From an uncultured delta proteobacterium (GTDB taxonomy: Bacteria; Myxococcota_A; Polyangia; Fen-1088): a stretch of DNA of 64,000 nt. The stretch is from assembly GCA_963755125.1 (NCBI GenBank), contig CAVWIP010000010.1:1-64000 (forward strand), read 5' to 3'. The number at the start of each line of letters is the position of its first letter. Positions within the stretch are counted from its first letter, which is position 1. Positions 1 to 12,847 of this stretch are shown here, one piece after another. The position numbers were made by a program, and so were the translations under genes. The notes under the pieces were generated by a model, which worked only from the letters and a program-made list of their open reading frames with translations, was not told the DNA's origin and did no database searches.

Positions 1-40
1 GCGCGCGGACCGCGACCCGCAGGACTTGCAATGGGCTCAC
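1..40 (-). CDS. 5' end of a probable ABC transporter permease (MacB/FtsX-type), runs off the window
   Basis: GTG at 40 overlaps the TGA of the ATPase gene (GTGA coupling); translation [13 protein letters not shown] resembles MacB-type permease N-termini. Confidence 0.55.
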   Translation of the reverse strand, partial: MSPLQVLRVAVRA

Positions 41-777
41 GGCGAAACCTCCGCGTCGGCGGGGGCCGGGGCAAGTTCAGCCTGCAGCGCAATCTGCCGC
101 TGGTCCGACTGCACGCGGCCGTCGTGCATGACCACCACGCGCGAGGCGTAGCGGGCGATGTCCGCCTCGTGCGTGACCAGCAGGAGCGTGATGCCACTTC
201 TTCCCAGCTCCTGAAACAGCGCCATGATCTCGACGCTGGTGCGCGAATCCAGGTTGCCGGTGGGCTCGTCGGCCACGATGAGGTGCGGATGCGTGACCAG
301 GGCGCGCGCCACCGCCACCCGCTGCTGCTGCCCGCCCGACATCTGATTGGGATGGTGGTGCATGCGATCACCGAGGCCCACGCGCGCCAGGGCCTCGCGC
401 GCCCGGGCGTGGCGCTCACGCGCGGAGACGCCCGCGTACAGCAAGGGAAGCTCGACATTCTCCAGCGCGGTGGTGCGCGACAGCAGGTTGAAGCTCTGAA
501 ACACGAAACCCAGGGTGCGGTTGCGCAGCCGCGCCAGGGCGTTGCGGTCGAGCTGCGACACCTCCTGGCCCACCAACCAGTAGCCGCCCGAGCTGGGACG
601 GTCGAGGCAGCCCAAGATGTTCATCAGGGTGGACTTGCCCGAGCCCGACGGGCCCATCACCGCCACCGACTCACCTTCGTCGATGGTCAGCGAGACGTCA
701 CGCAGGGCGTGCACCTCCACGTCACCCATTCGGTACACCTTGCTGACCTTGCGGGTCTCGATGAGGGGCTTGCCCAT
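37..777 (-). CDS. ABC transporter ATP-binding protein (MacB/LolD family)
   Basis: Walker [20 protein letters not shown], signature [23 protein letters not shown]. Confidence 0.95.
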   Translation of the reverse strand: MGKPLIETRKVSKVYRMGDVEVHALRDVSLTIDEGESVAVMGPSGSGKSTLMNILGCLDRPSSGGYWLVGQEVSQLDRNALARLRNRTLGFVFQSFNLLSRTTALENVELPLLYAGVSARERHARAREALARVGLGDRMHHHPNQMSGGQQQRVAVARALVTHPHLIVADEPTGNLDSRTSVEIMALFQELGRSGITLLLVTHEADIARYASRVVVMHDGRVQSDQRQIALQAELAPAPADAEVSP

Positions 778-785
778 CTCCGCTC

Positions 786-2114
786 CTAGAACCGGCGCGG
801 ACCACCGGGCGGCGGTCCGGCGCCGGGCAGCAGGCTCGTGGCGGCCGGCTTGAAGCCCGCCGGAAGAGTGGCGTCGCTGATGACCAGATCCCCGACTTGC
901 AAAGCACCCTCGACCACCTCGGTCCTGGTGCCGTCGGTCGTGCCTGTCTTGATGCGAATCGGGCTGGGCAAATCATCGCGCAAGACCCAGACCGTGCGTC
1001 GATCGGGTGCCTCGTCGCCTTTCGGCGAGCCGCCCGCGCGAGCGGGACCGCCCGGCCGCAGCGACGGCCCGCCAGGCGCGCCGTCGCTGCCGGAGCGATG
1101 TCCGTGCGGCATTTCGAGCTTGAGCGCGCTCATTAGATCAGCACTGGGACGAAAACGCAGAGCCGCGTTGGTCACTCGCAAGACATCGTCCTTGTTGGCA
1201 AACACGAAGGTGATATTGGCGGTCATGCCGGGCCGCAACCTGAGATCGGAGTTGTCCACGTCGATGACAGCGTCGTAGGTGACGACGTTCTGCACGGTGG
1301 TGGCCGCGTTGCGAATCTGGCGGACCGCACCCTTGAACGGCTCGCCCGGGAAGGCGTCCACGGTGAACGTGGCCTGCATTCCCGCGCGCAACTTGCCCAC
1401 GTCGGCCTCGGCCACGCTGGTGTCCACCTGCATCTTGCGCAGGTCCTCGGCGATGACGAAGAGAATGGGCGCTTGCAAGGAGGCGGCCACAGTCTGACCC
1501 ACGTCCACGTTGCGCGAGATCACCGTGCCGTCGGTGGGCGACACGATGTTGGTCAGGGCCAGGTTCACCTCGGCCTGGTGCAAGATGGCCAGGGCCTGCT
1601 TGACGTTGGCTCGGTCCGCCTCGACCTGGGCCATGGACGATCCGGCGGTGGATTCGGCGGTGTCCAGGTCCGAAACGGCGATGAGACTTTCTTTCGCCAG
1701 AGGGCCTTGCCGTTTGAACTGCCGATCGGCGAACTTGGCCACCACCTTGTCCTTGTCCAGGGTGGCCTTGGCCTGGGCATAGTTGGCGCGGGCGTTTTCC
1801 AGCGCGGCCTGGAACAGGCGCGGATCGATCTTCGCGATGACCTGCCCCTTCTTCACCGTCGAGTTGAAATCAGCGTAGAGCTTCAGGATGGAGCCGGACA
1901 CCTGGCTGCCCACCTGCACGGTGACCAGCGCCGACAGGGTTCCGGTGGCGGTGACCCGCGCGGTGATGCGGCCGCGATCCACCGCGCTGGTTTCCCATTG
2001 CACCTTCGGCTTGGCCGATCGCCGCTTTACCAGATAGGCGGTACCGCCGGCCATCGCCAGCACGAGGACGACCACCCCCCAGAACTTGGTCGACTTGAGC
2101 CAACTCATGCGCAT
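786..2114 (-). CDS. Efflux periplasmic adaptor subunit (MacA/HlyD family)
   Basis: N-terminal TM anchor, VQVGSQVSG, helical hairpin, SPTDGTV..VGQTVAASLQAP, LRPGMTA; start may be 2108. Confidence 0.92.
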   Translation of the reverse strand: MRMSWLKSTKFWGVVVLVLAMAGGTAYLVKRRSAKPKVQWETSAVDRGRITARVTATGTLSALVTVQVGSQVSGSILKLYADFNSTVKKGQVIAKIDPRLFQAALENARANYAQAKATLDKDKVVAKFADRQFKRQGPLAKESLIAVSDLDTAESTAGSSMAQVEADRANVKQALAILHQAEVNLALTNIVSPTDGTVISRNVDVGQTVAASLQAPILFVIAEDLRKMQVDTSVAEADVGKLRAGMQATFTVDAFPGEPFKGAVRQIRNAATTVQNVVTYDAVIDVDNSDLRLRPGMTANITFVFANKDDVLRVTNAALRFRPSADLMSALKLEMPHGHRSGSDGAPGGPSLRPGGPARAGGSPKGDEAPDRRTVWVLRDDLPSPIRIKTGTTDGTRTEVVEGALQVGDLVISDATLPAGFKPAATSLLPGAGPPPGGPRRF

Positions 2115-2123
2115 CTCCTGCCC

Positions 2124-2618
2124 CTATTTATCGCGGGATAGCCGCTCGGCCAGCCCATTCTTGGACGACACCGGCGGCGGCGAAACGCGGTCCAGTTCAT
2201 CCAGATTGTCGACCATGCGACGGAGCCAGGCGCGCAGGGTGGCGATCTCTTCCGGGGAGAAATGCGCCACCGCAGCCTTGCGAACCTCCTCCGCCACGGC
2301 CAGGCAGCGCGCACCGAATTGCTCACCCTTGGGGGTCAGCACCATGCGGCGACGGCGACGGTCGCTGGGATCACTGTCCAGGCGAACCAGTTTGCGCCGG
2401 CTCAAGGCGGCCAGCACGCGGGATGCCGTGGGCTGGTCCATGGGCAGGGCCGCGAGGATCTCGGCCAGCGACGCCCCCTGGCGTTCGACCAGGGCCACCA
2501 GCAACCAGAATTGCTGGTTCGACAGCACCAGATCGCGCACCCGCATCTCCACGGCCTGGCGCTGCCGGCGTCGTAGCGTCGCCAACAACAACCCGACCGG
2601 TACTTGCTTTGCTAACAT
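2124..2618 (-). CDS. MarR family transcriptional regulator
   Basis: wHTH MDQPTASRVLAAL and DPSDRRR..LTPKG wing motif; heads the efflux operon. Confidence 0.9.
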   Translation of the reverse strand: MLAKQVPVGLLLATLRRRQRQAVEMRVRDLVLSNQQFWLLVALVERQGASLAEILAALPMDQPTASRVLAALSRRKLVRLDSDPSDRRRRRMVLTPKGEQFGARCLAVAEEVRKAAVAHFSPEEIATLRAWLRRMVDNLDELDRVSPPPVSSKNGLAERLSRDK

Positions 2619-2659
2619 ATGCTGTGCTATATATTTCGCTATCCCGGTCGCCTTGTCAA
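2605..2659 (-). promoter_or_regulatory. Candidate promoter/operator of the MarR-efflux operon
   Basis: TTGACA on the minus strand at 2654-2659; AT-rich tract; repeated TGCT(T/G)TGCTA boxes at 2605-2614 and 2620-2629 flanking the start codon. Confidence 0.45.
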
Positions 2660-2718
2660 CCCGATCCTGGGCTGGAGGCCCCGCCGCTCAGCCAGCTACG
2701 AGTTCTCCTCAAGCGGTA

Positions 2719-4626
<1,908 letters not shown>

Positions 4627-4640
4627 GACCAAGCAACATT

Positions 4641-7055
4641 CTATTGCAGCAGTTTGGGCGGCTCATCCGCCGGCGCTGGCGGTTCGGGGAAGAGCACGCG
4701 CACCACGCTAGACTTGCGGGCCAGGGCGTGGCCGCGGCCTCCGCGTGCGGTGACGTGGTAGCGGCCCGGGCCCACCGGAATCTTCTTGCCCGCGTCGGTC
4801 TCGGCGATGAGCACGGTGTCGTCCTTGCGCGCACCCAAGGCAAAGCCCATGACCGCGTCTTCCTCGTCGAGCTTGATGATGGTGACGCCGCGGCCCGGAT
4901 TGGCGAGTTCAGCCGCCTCGTCGGCGTCGCACACCAGAGCGCGGGCGCGCGCTGATACCACGCACAGCACGTCCTTGGGACGCACCGGCAGGACGCCCAC
5001 CACCTCGTCGCCCTCGGCGGGCTTGGCGAATCGACGGCCGGCGCGCGTGCTCAGCTCGCGCAGTGGATCGAGATTGAAGCGGAAGCCGTAGCCTCGCCTG
5101 GTCACGGCCAGGGCCAGGGTTCCGGGCGGCACCGCCGACGGTCCCGTGCCGGTGACCACCAGCGCGGCCACCACCCGCTCGCCGTCGCGGAAGTTGAAGA
5201 GCTTCTGCACCGGCTCGCCGTAGCCGGTCGAGGCGGGCACGTCGTGGATGCGGCTGATGTAGCAGCTTCCCAGGTTGGAGAAGATGGCCAGAAAGTCCTT
5301 GGTGGAGCCGCGCAGGGCCGCCAGCACCACATCGCCTTCGCGCAGGCGCGTCGCGGATAAATCCTTCACCTCGCGCACGCGCTTGAGCCAGCCGTCGCGC
5401 GAGAGGATGACGGTGACCTCCTCGTCGAGAATGAAGTCCTCGGCCTGGAATTCCACGTCGTCGCCACCGCCGCCGCCAACCTTGGTGCGCCGCTTGTCGG
5501 CGAAGCGCTGGCCGATGTCCGCGATCTCGCCGCGGATCACCTTCCACAAGCGACGCTTGTCCTTAAGGATGGCTTCGATTTCCTTGGCCCGTGCGCGCTT
5601 CTCGGCCAGCTCGTCGCGAATCGCCTGGATCTCCAGCCGCGCCAGCTTGTACAGCTTCATCTCCAGGATCGCGTCGGTCTGTTCATCGTCGAGCTTGAAG
5701 CGAGCCTGCAGCTTGCTGGCCGCATCGGCCTTGCCATCAGACTTGCGGATGATGCGGATGGCCTCGTCGAGCGCATCGAAGAGAATGGCGAAACCTTGCA
5801 GGATGTGAATGCGGTGGCGCAGTTCCGCCAGCTCGAACTCGAAGCGACGCGTGACCACCTCTTCGCGAAAATCCAGGAACTCGCTCAGGATGGCCTGCAG
5901 GTTGAGCCGCATGGGCCCGGCCACTTCGCGGTTTTCCGTCGGCACCAGGCAGGTCATGTTGACGTGAAACGACAGTTCCAGCGGGGTGTGCTTGTACAGG
6001 TACGCCACCACCAGCGCCGGATCCGCACCGGGCTTCAGCTCCAGCACCACGCGCACGTCGTCGGTGGACTCATCGCGCACGTCCACCAGCATGGGGAGTT
6101 TCTTGGCCAGGATGACCTGGGCGATGCTCTCGACCAGATTCGCCTTGGACACGTTGTAGGGGATGGAGGTGATGACGATCTGCGGACCGCGCTTGCTCTC
6201 CTCGATCTTCCACTCGCCGCGCACACGCACCGGGCCCTGCCCGGTCTCGTAGATCTCGCGCAGCTCTTTCTTGGAATTGATGATCTGGCCGCCGGTCGGG
6301 AAATCCGGACCCTTGATGTACTTGAGCAGGTCCTTGCTCTCCAGCTTGCGGTCGTCGATGAGCGCCACCGCGGCCTCGCACACCTCCCCCAGGTTGTGGG
6401 GCGGGATGTTGGTGGCCATGCCCACCGCGATACCGGCGCAGCCGTTGGCCAACAACTGCGGAATGCGCGCGGGCAGGACCATCGGCTCCTGCGAGGTGCC
6501 GTCGTAGTTGGGCCGGAAATCCACCGTGCCCTGCTTGATCTCGTCGAGCAGCTCGGTGGAAAGCGGCGCCAGGCGCGCCTCGGTGTAGCGGTAGGCAGCG
6601 GGCGCGTCGCCGTCGAGCGAGCCGAAGTTGCCGTGCCCGTCCACCAGCCGGTAGCGCAACGAAAAATCCTGCGCCATGCGCACCATGGCGTCGTAGCAGG
6701 CGGTGTCGCCGTGCGGGTGGTATTTGCCGATGACCGCGCCCACGATGGTCGCGCTCTTGCGAAAGCGTGCGTCGGGGTAGAGGTGCAGATCGTTGTGCAT
6801 GGCGAAGAGGATTCGCCGCTGCACCGGCTTGAGCCCGTCGCGCACGTCAGGCAAGGCGCGTGCTGTGATCACGCTGACTGCGTAGTTGAGATAGCGGCGC
6901 TGCGCCTCGTCGGCCAGGTTGGCGTCGGCGGGCGGCGGCGGATCGTCGCTGCCACCCTTGCCCCGGCCCCGGCCACCTCCGCCCTTGCCCTTGGCCGGCG
7001 GCAGGGCGGGCCGTGCACCGTTTTCGTCGAGAAGATCGAGTTGTCGAGAGGACAT
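4641..7055 (-). CDS. parC: Type IIA topoisomerase subunit A, topoisomerase IV (ParC)-like
   Basis: [22 protein letters not shown], catalytic [32 protein letters not shown]; no canonical GyrA box; start 7055 or 7076. Confidence 0.85.
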   Translation of the reverse strand: MSSRQLDLLDENGARPALPPAKGKGGGGRGRGKGGSDDPPPPADANLADEAQRRYLNYAVSVITARALPDVRDGLKPVQRRILFAMHNDLHLYPDARFRKSATIVGAVIGKYHPHGDTACYDAMVRMAQDFSLRYRLVDGHGNFGSLDGDAPAAYRYTEARLAPLSTELLDEIKQGTVDFRPNYDGTSQEPMVLPARIPQLLANGCAGIAVGMATNIPPHNLGEVCEAAVALIDDRKLESKDLLKYIKGPDFPTGGQIINSKKELREIYETGQGPVRVRGEWKIEESKRGPQIVITSIPYNVSKANLVESIAQVILAKKLPMLVDVRDESTDDVRVVLELKPGADPALVVAYLYKHTPLELSFHVNMTCLVPTENREVAGPMRLNLQAILSEFLDFREEVVTRRFEFELAELRHRIHILQGFAILFDALDEAIRIIRKSDGKADAASKLQARFKLDDEQTDAILEMKLYKLARLEIQAIRDELAEKRARAKEIEAILKDKRRLWKVIRGEIADIGQRFADKRRTKVGGGGGDDVEFQAEDFILDEEVTVILSRDGWLKRVREVKDLSATRLREGDVVLAALRGSTKDFLAIFSNLGSCYISRIHDVPASTGYGEPVQKLFNFRDGERVVAALVVTGTGPSAVPPGTLALAVTRRGYGFRFNLDPLRELSTRAGRRFAKPAEGDEVVGVLPVRPKDVLCVVSARARALVCDADEAAELANPGRGVTIIKLDEEDAVMGFALGARKDDTVLIAETDAGKKIPVGPGRYHVTARGGRGHALARKSSVVRVLFPEPPAPADEPPKLLQ

Positions 7056-7147
7056 GAAGCTGCTGGGGCGCCGCACGGCGCCTCGTGCGCCCCAAGTTAG
7101 GGGACTGCAGGCGCAAGATCAAGTAAGGGCGACCTGCGGTCGCCCGA

Positions 7148-7864
7148 CTAGCTTTCCAGCTTCCGGCGCTTCCAGCCGCGCGGGGGCTGTTTGTCCCAGG
7201 CATCGGGGTTGGAACGTGAATTGTCGATCCAGCGGTAGCTGGGCGCGGGCCGGACGTCTACGTGGATGAACCCCACCCGCGGGTAGAAGCCAACCCCCAT
7301 GCCGCCGGCATCCATGGTGTGCACAAAATCCCGCAGGTCGCGCGGCCGCACGCCGGAAATTCGGATGTCGGCAGCCGTGCCGTGAAAATGGTTGCTGGTA
7401 GTCCGGCGTTGGAAACGATATCCCGAGAGCAGTTCGAGAGGCCGGCCGCCAAAGTGGTCGTACACATGCGAAAGAATGGTCAGCAAACGCGGATCGATTT
7501 CGTGTTCCTCGCCGGTGCGCCGGCAGCGAAACACGTGCGCGATCTGCTTGGCCGCTTCCACGCTGTACGAGCCGTCCTGGTTGTAGATGTTGGTATGCAG
7601 TTCCTCTTTGTAGTTGATCGAGTAGACTCGAAGATTGCCTGACGGCCGCGGCGGTGGGCTGGCGCGCAGCTCGCTGTCCGGCACCACCCAGCCACGCATC
7701 TTTCCCCGGCGAACACGCCGCTTGCAAACCTTGGCCGGCTTGCCGTGCTCATTGGCGGCTGCGCTGGCGCCCGATGACCCCGTTGCCCCTGCCGCCTGCG
7801 CCGCCCCTGCATGCGCCAAAGCCAGGCTCAATCCGAGCAGGGCTGTCAGGGACGACCTTGGCAT
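7148..7864 (-). CDS. YcbK/DUF882 family peptidase M15 (MepK-like), secreted
   Basis: Signal peptide; IDPRLL, SGYR, SNHFHGTAAD, GGMGVGFY..GFIHVDVR zinc-binding motifs. Confidence 0.88.
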   Translation of the reverse strand: MPRSSLTALLGLSLALAHAGAAQAAGATGSSGASAAANEHGKPAKVCKRRVRRGKMRGWVVPDSELRASPPPRPSGNLRVYSINYKEELHTNIYNQDGSYSVEAAKQIAHVFRCRRTGEEHEIDPRLLTILSHVYDHFGGRPLELLSGYRFQRRTTSNHFHGTAADIRISGVRPRDLRDFVHTMDAGGMGVGFYPRVGFIHVDVRPAPSYRWIDNSRSNPDAWDKQPPRGWKRRKLES

Positions 7865-7960
7865 GCCTGGATAAGGCTTGCCGGGACTCGGGGCTCTGTC
7901 AACTCAAAAAGGGTGACGCGGCTCACGGAGTGTGGGCAAAAAGCGACATGCCGACTGATG

Positions 7961-8428
7961 TCAGCCCCCTGGCTTCGACTGGGAAGCGTCGATCGATGCC
8001 CCTGTTCCCGCCAGGTGAAGCAGCTCAATCTTCAGTGTGGCAGCGACGGAGAAGATGCGGTCGTCGCGATAAAACTCGCCGTACACGACGCGCCGAATTC
8101 CGGAGTTGGCAATCTCCTTGAAACAATTCCAGCAAGGACTGGCGGTCACATAAATGGTGCCGCCTTCAATCCTGACGCCATTGCGAGCGGCCTGCAGGAT
8201 GGCGTTGCTCTCCGCGTGGATGGTCGCGACGCAGTGGCCGTTCTCCATCATGTGCCCCACCTCCGTGCAGTGAGGCATGCCGCGGATCGACCCGTTGTAT
8301 CCCGTCGACAGGATGGTCTTGTCACGCACGATCACCGCGCCCACCGATTTGCGCGGACAGGTTGAGCGCGAGGAAACGACCCGCGCGATGTTCATGAAGT
8401 ACTCGTCCCAAGAAGCCCGCTCGGCCAT
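7961..8428 (-). CDS. dCMP deaminase family protein (ComEB-like)
   Basis: SWDEYFM, RSTC..VGAV, TGYNG, HAESNA, PCWNC. Confidence 0.93.
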   Translation of the reverse strand: MAERASWDEYFMNIARVVSSRSTCPRKSVGAVIVRDKTILSTGYNGSIRGMPHCTEVGHMMENGHCVATIHAESNAILQAARNGVRIEGGTIYVTASPCWNCFKEIANSGIRRVVYGEFYRDDRIFSVAATLKIELLHLAGTGASIDASQSKPGG

Positions 8429-8468
8429 GCGCCCTCTTTACCACGACTCTGCTAGTATCCGCCGACCC

Positions 8469-11324
8469 GTGGACTGGAAAAGCACCCTCAACCTGCCGAA
8501 GACCGAATTCCCCATGCGTGCGGATCTGGCCCGGCGCGAGCCCCTGTGGCTCAAGCGCTGGGCAGACGAACGCCACTACCACAAGCTGCTGGCGGCGCGC
8601 GAGGCCGCCTCGGCACCGGCCTTCGTGCTTCACGACGGCCCTCCCTATGCGACAGGGGGGATTCACTACGGCACGCTGCTCAACAAAGTCCTGAAGGACA
8701 TCATCGTCCGTTCACAACTTCTGATGGGCAAGTGTGCGCGCTTCGTGCCTGGCTGGGATTGTCACGGTCTTCCCATCGAGCATCAGGTGGAAAAGGCGGC
8801 CGGCGGCCGCGCCAAGCTCGACACCGCCGAATTCCGCAAGCGTTGCGAGGCCCACGCGCTCAAGTTCGTCGACGTGATGCGCACCGATTTTCGGCGCCTG
8901 GGCTGCGTGGGCACCTGGGACCAGCCCTACCTGACCCTGTCCAAGGGCTACGAGGCGACCATCGTGCGCGTCCTGGCGGCCTTCGCGCGCCAGGGGCTGC
9001 TCTATCGCGCCAAGCGGCCTGTGCACTGGTGCACCACTCACCAGACGGCGCTGGCCGAGGCCGAGGTGGAGTACGCGGATCACAGCTCGCCCTCGATCTA
9101 CGTGCGCTTTCCGCTTGTGCCCGGCCAACCTGCGGTGGAGCAAATCTTCGGCAGAGCAGCCGCCACGCTGGTCATCTGGACGACCACGCCGTGGACCCTG
9201 GCCGCCAACCTGGCCGTTGTGGCCAACCCGCAGCTCGTCTATGCCGGCATCCCGGTCGAGCGAGGCGGGCGGCGCGAGTACCTCATCGTGGCGCGCGAGC
9301 TGGCCGAAGCGTTTCTCGCCGCCTGCGCTCTTCCCGTCCCGCCAAAGAATGAATGGATCGAGATCGGGGGGGACAGGCTGGCCGCCCTGCGCGGCGTGCG
9401 CTATCAGCACCCCTTTGTCGGCGAGCCGCGCAGCGAGCGCGATTTCCGCCTGACCTTCGCACCTCATGCGACCCTGGAGGCAGGCACTGGCCTGGTGCAC
9501 ACCGCCCCGGGCCACGGCGCCGAGGACTACACCGTCGGTCGCGCCGAAGGCCTGGAGATCTACGCCCCGGTGGACGGCCGCGGCCGTTACACCGCCGAGG
9601 TGCCGTTGTGGGCCGGGCAGAACGTGCTGGAGGCCAACCCCAAGATCGTCGCCCATCTGGCCGCGACCGGCTTCCTGATCAATCAGCCGGGCGAAACCGT
9701 GCGCCACCAATATCCCCATTGCTGGCGCTGCAAGCACCCGGTGCTCTTCCGCGCCACCAGCCAATGGTTTGCGCGCCTGGGTGACCTGGGCGACGACAAC
9801 AGCCTGCGCGAGAAAGCCCTGGCCGAGATCGATCGCACCCAGTGGATCCCGACCTGGGGCCGCGATCGCATCAGCGGCATGATCGAGGTGCGACCCGACT
9901 GGTGCCTGTCGCGCCAGCGCCTGTGGGGCGTGCCCATCCCGGCCTATGTTTGCAAGGCCTGCGACGAGCCCTTCCTGCTGCCCGAGGCGATGGACTTCGT
10001 GGCCACCATCTTCGAGGTCGAGGGCGCCAACGCCTGGTTCACCCGGCCGACCAGCGAACTCTACCCGGCGGGCACGCGCTGTCCGAAGTGCCAGGGCACC
10101 GATCTCGAAAAGGGTGCGGACATCGTCGATGTCTGGTTCGAGTCGGGCGTGTCCTGGGCTGCCGTGGCCGACGGCAAGTTGGTACCCAAGGGAGAGAAGG
10201 TCGATCTCTATCTCGAGGGCGCGGATCAACATCGTGGCTGGTTCCACTCGTCGCTGCTGGCCGCGGTCGCCGCGCGTGGCAGCGCGCCTTACAAAGCGGT
10301 ACTGACCCATGGCTGGGTGCTCGACGAGCGCGGCAAGGTCTATTCAAAGTCCGAGATCGAGAAAGCGCGCGCCGCCGGCGTGAAGACCGACTACGTCGAG
10401 CCAGGCGCGTGGATGGAGAAGAACGGCGCCGAGGTTCTGCGCCTGTGGTCCGCCGCGGCCGACTACCAATCCGATGTGGTGTTCAGCAAGACCATCATGG
10501 ATCAGCTAGGCGAGTCGTATCGCAAGATCCGCAACACCTGCCGCTACCTGCTTTCCAACCTGTATGACTTCGTGCCCTCGCGCGATCTCGTGCCCGACGA
10601 CAAGTTGCGCGACCTGGATCGTCTGGCGCTGGGATTCTTGCGCGTTCGTGACCAGCAGGTCTTCGACGACTACAGCAAGTACGTCTTCCACAACGTGGTT
10701 CGCTCGCTCGTGGATTACGTCGTTACCGTATCGGCCGAGTATCTTGATCCGGTGAAGGACGTCCTGTACTGCGAGGCGCCCAATTCGTCCAGCCGGCGCA
10801 GCGTGCAGACCGTTTTCTATGAGATGGTGCGCACCCTCGCCACCTGGATGGCGCCCATCCTGTGCTTCTCGGCGCAGGACGTGGCCGACGAACTTCTACG
10901 CCAAACCGGCGAGCCCTTCGATGTGCACGGCGAGGAGCGAGAGGAACGGAAGCCGATTGAAGGCGCAGCCTGGCGCTGGCAAAATGAGATTCGGGCCCGA
11001 CGGGAGCTGATCCTGGCCAAGGTGGAGCCTTTCCGCGCCGTGGGCCACAAGTCCCTGGAGGCCAAGGTCACGGTGCGACCATACAGCGGGGATCGGGAGT
11101 TTTGGCTACGCGATCGCGAGAACCTCCTTGAAACCACCGTGGTGTCGCAACTTGAGATCACCACCGACGACGCCTCCAACGGCGCAGAAATCACGGTCAG
11201 CGAGGCCGGCGGTCCCGAATGCCCGCGCTGCTGGCGGCGCACCGGGTCGGCCTCCGGGTACGCGACGGAGCCAAACCTTTGCACTCGCTGCGCAGCCGTG
11301 GTCAGCTTGCTGGAGCCACGATGA
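8469..11324 (+). CDS. ileS: Isoleucine--tRNA ligase (type 1, C-terminal Zn finger)
   Basis: STLNLPKTEFPMRA, HDGPPYA, PGWDCHGLPIE, WTTTPWTL, GTGLVHTAPGHG, DWCLSRQRLWG, EGADQHRGWF, CPRCW..CTRC; start GTG 8469. Confidence 0.96.
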   Translation: MDWKSTLNLPKTEFPMRADLARREPLWLKRWADERHYHKLLAAREAASAPAFVLHDGPPYATGGIHYGTLLNKVLKDIIVRSQLLMGKCARFVPGWDCHGLPIEHQVEKAAGGRAKLDTAEFRKRCEAHALKFVDVMRTDFRRLGCVGTWDQPYLTLSKGYEATIVRVLAAFARQGLLYRAKRPVHWCTTHQTALAEAEVEYADHSSPSIYVRFPLVPGQPAVEQIFGRAAATLVIWTTTPWTLAANLAVVANPQLVYAGIPVERGGRREYLIVARELAEAFLAACALPVPPKNEWIEIGGDRLAALRGVRYQHPFVGEPRSERDFRLTFAPHATLEAGTGLVHTAPGHGAEDYTVGRAEGLEIYAPVDGRGRYTAEVPLWAGQNVLEANPKIVAHLAATGFLINQPGETVRHQYPHCWRCKHPVLFRATSQWFARLGDLGDDNSLREKALAEIDRTQWIPTWGRDRISGMIEVRPDWCLSRQRLWGVPIPAYVCKACDEPFLLPEAMDFVATIFEVEGANAWFTRPTSELYPAGTRCPKCQGTDLEKGADIVDVWFESGVSWAAVADGKLVPKGEKVDLYLEGADQHRGWFHSSLLAAVAARGSAPYKAVLTHGWVLDERGKVYSKSEIEKARAAGVKTDYVEPGAWMEKNGAEVLRLWSAAADYQSDVVFSKTIMDQLGESYRKIRNTCRYLLSNLYDFVPSRDLVPDDKLRDLDRLALGFLRVRDQQVFDDYSKYVFHNVVRSLVDYVVTVSAEYLDPVKDVLYCEAPNSSSRRSVQTVFYEMVRTLATWMAPILCFSAQDVADELLRQTGEPFDVHGEEREERKPIEGAAWRWQNEIRARRELILAKVEPFRAVGHKSLEAKVTVRPYSGDREFWLRDRENLLETTVVSQLEITTDDASNGAEITVSEAGGPECPRCWRRTGSASGYATEPNLCTRCAAVVSLLEPR

Positions 11325-11851
11325 GCCCAGCAAGACGCCGCAACATCCTGTTCACGGTCACGGCCGTGATTTCGATCGTTCTCGACCAGTGGACCAAGGT
11401 GCTGGCCCGCACTCACCTCAAGCCTCTGCCCTCGTGGCGGGGTGTGGTGGTCGTTGATGGCTGTTTTGACTTGCGCTACTCGGAGAACACCGGCGTGGCC
11501 TTCGGGATGCTGCAACAACTGCCGGGCGGCCGCATCCTGCTCACCCTGGTGGCGCTGGCGGCACTGGCCCTGGTCTTTCACTACCTGCGCCGCACGGATC
11601 CCAGCCAAACTCGATTGCACCTCGCGCTCGGCTTGGTGGCTGGAGGCGCGGTGGGCAATCTCATCGACCGCATCGCAGTCGGCCGGGTGAGCGACTTCAT
11701 CGTGTGGCACTACCATGGCCACGAATGGCCAGCCTTCAACGTCGCGGATGCGGCGCTGGTGGTGGGCGTGTGCCTGATGGCACTCGACATGATGTTCGAC
11801 CGGCGCCGCACGGCCGACTCGCCGCCCGCACGCGCGGGTGGCCGCCGCTAG
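11321..11851 (+). CDS. lspA: Lipoprotein signal peptidase II
   Basis: DQWTK, NTGVAFG, GGAVGNLIDRI, VSDF, WPAFNVAD; ATG overlaps the ileS stop. Confidence 0.95.
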   Translation: MSPARRRNILFTVTAVISIVLDQWTKVLARTHLKPLPSWRGVVVVDGCFDLRYSENTGVAFGMLQQLPGGRILLTLVALAALALVFHYLRRTDPSQTRLHLALGLVAGGAVGNLIDRIAVGRVSDFIVWHYHGHEWPAFNVADAALVVGVCLMALDMMFDRRRTADSPPARAGGRR

Positions 11852-11866
11852 GCGCCCGGAGAAATC

Positions 11867-12847
11867 ATGCGCCCGATCCTGATCGACTTCGGGATCGATC
11901 TTCCGCTGCTGGGGCGGCTCGACCTCCCTGCCTATTTCACCATGCTCGCGCTCAGCTTTCTGGTCGGGCTGTGGATGATGCGACGGGAAGCGGGCAAGCT
12001 CGGGCTTGACCGCGAACGGATCTACGATCTTTGGCTCGGTCTAATTTTGTGGGCGGTGGTCGGGGCGCGCGTCCTGCACGTCATCGCCGACGGCCATTTC
12101 CACGAATACGTGAACCTGTGCGTGGACAATTTCAAGGTCGCCGCGACCGAGGCCAAGGTCGCCCATTGCAACGCCAGCTCCGAGTGCGGCTGGGACTACG
12201 TGTGCAATCTGGCCACCCACACCTGCCATCCGCCGCGTGACTGTCTGGCGGTCTTCAAGGTGTGGCGCGGCGGCCTAACCTACTACGGCGGGTTCATCTT
12301 CGCCGCAATTTTCGGCCTGGCCTACGCGCGCAGGCATCGCATGGGGCGATGGGTGGTGGCGGACTTGGCCGCTCCCTGGATCGCCTTCGGCCTGGCGCTC
12401 ACTCGGGTGGGGTGCTTTCTCAATGGCTGCTGCTACGGCAAGGTGTCGCACCTGCCCTGGGCTGTGCACTTCCCCACCGGCAGCAGCGTGTGGGAAGCCC
12501 AACGCGCGGCCGGCCTGATTCCCGAAGGCGGCCCCACCTTGCCGGTCCACCCGACCCAGATCTACCTGGCCCTGCTCGACTTCGGCCTGTTTCTGCTGCT
12601 CTATTTCGTCGTGCGGCGACGAAAGCGCATCGACGGTCAGGTCTTCGCCTGGTTGCTCGTCGGCAAGGGTGTGCTGCGTTCCTTCGTCGAGATCTTCCGC
12701 GACGACGATCGCGGCGTGTTTTTCGGCTGGCTGTCCACATCGCAGATTCTGTCAGTGCCGCTTGTCGCATGTGGCATCTTCCTGCTGCTCGGCGGTCTGC
12801 GTTCGCGTTGGCTGGCTGACCCGCCGCCGGCACAGGAGAGCGCGTGA
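11867..12847 (+). CDS. lgt: Prolipoprotein diacylglyceryl transferase, paralog 1 (Cys-rich loop)
   Basis: VGARVLHV, WRGGLTYYGG, TRVGCFLNGCCYG, VHPTQIY, RSFVEIFR, STSQILS. Confidence 0.9.
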   Translation: MRPILIDFGIDLPLLGRLDLPAYFTMLALSFLVGLWMMRREAGKLGLDRERIYDLWLGLILWAVVGARVLHVIADGHFHEYVNLCVDNFKVAATEAKVAHCNASSECGWDYVCNLATHTCHPPRDCLAVFKVWRGGLTYYGGFIFAAIFGLAYARRHRMGRWVVADLAAPWIAFGLALTRVGCFLNGCCYGKVSHLPWAVHFPTGSSVWEAQRAAGLIPEGGPTLPVHPTQIYLALLDFGLFLLLYFVVRRRKRIDGQVFAWLLVGKGVLRSFVEIFRDDDRGVFFGWLSTSQILSVPLVACGIFLLLGGLRSRWLADPPPAQESA

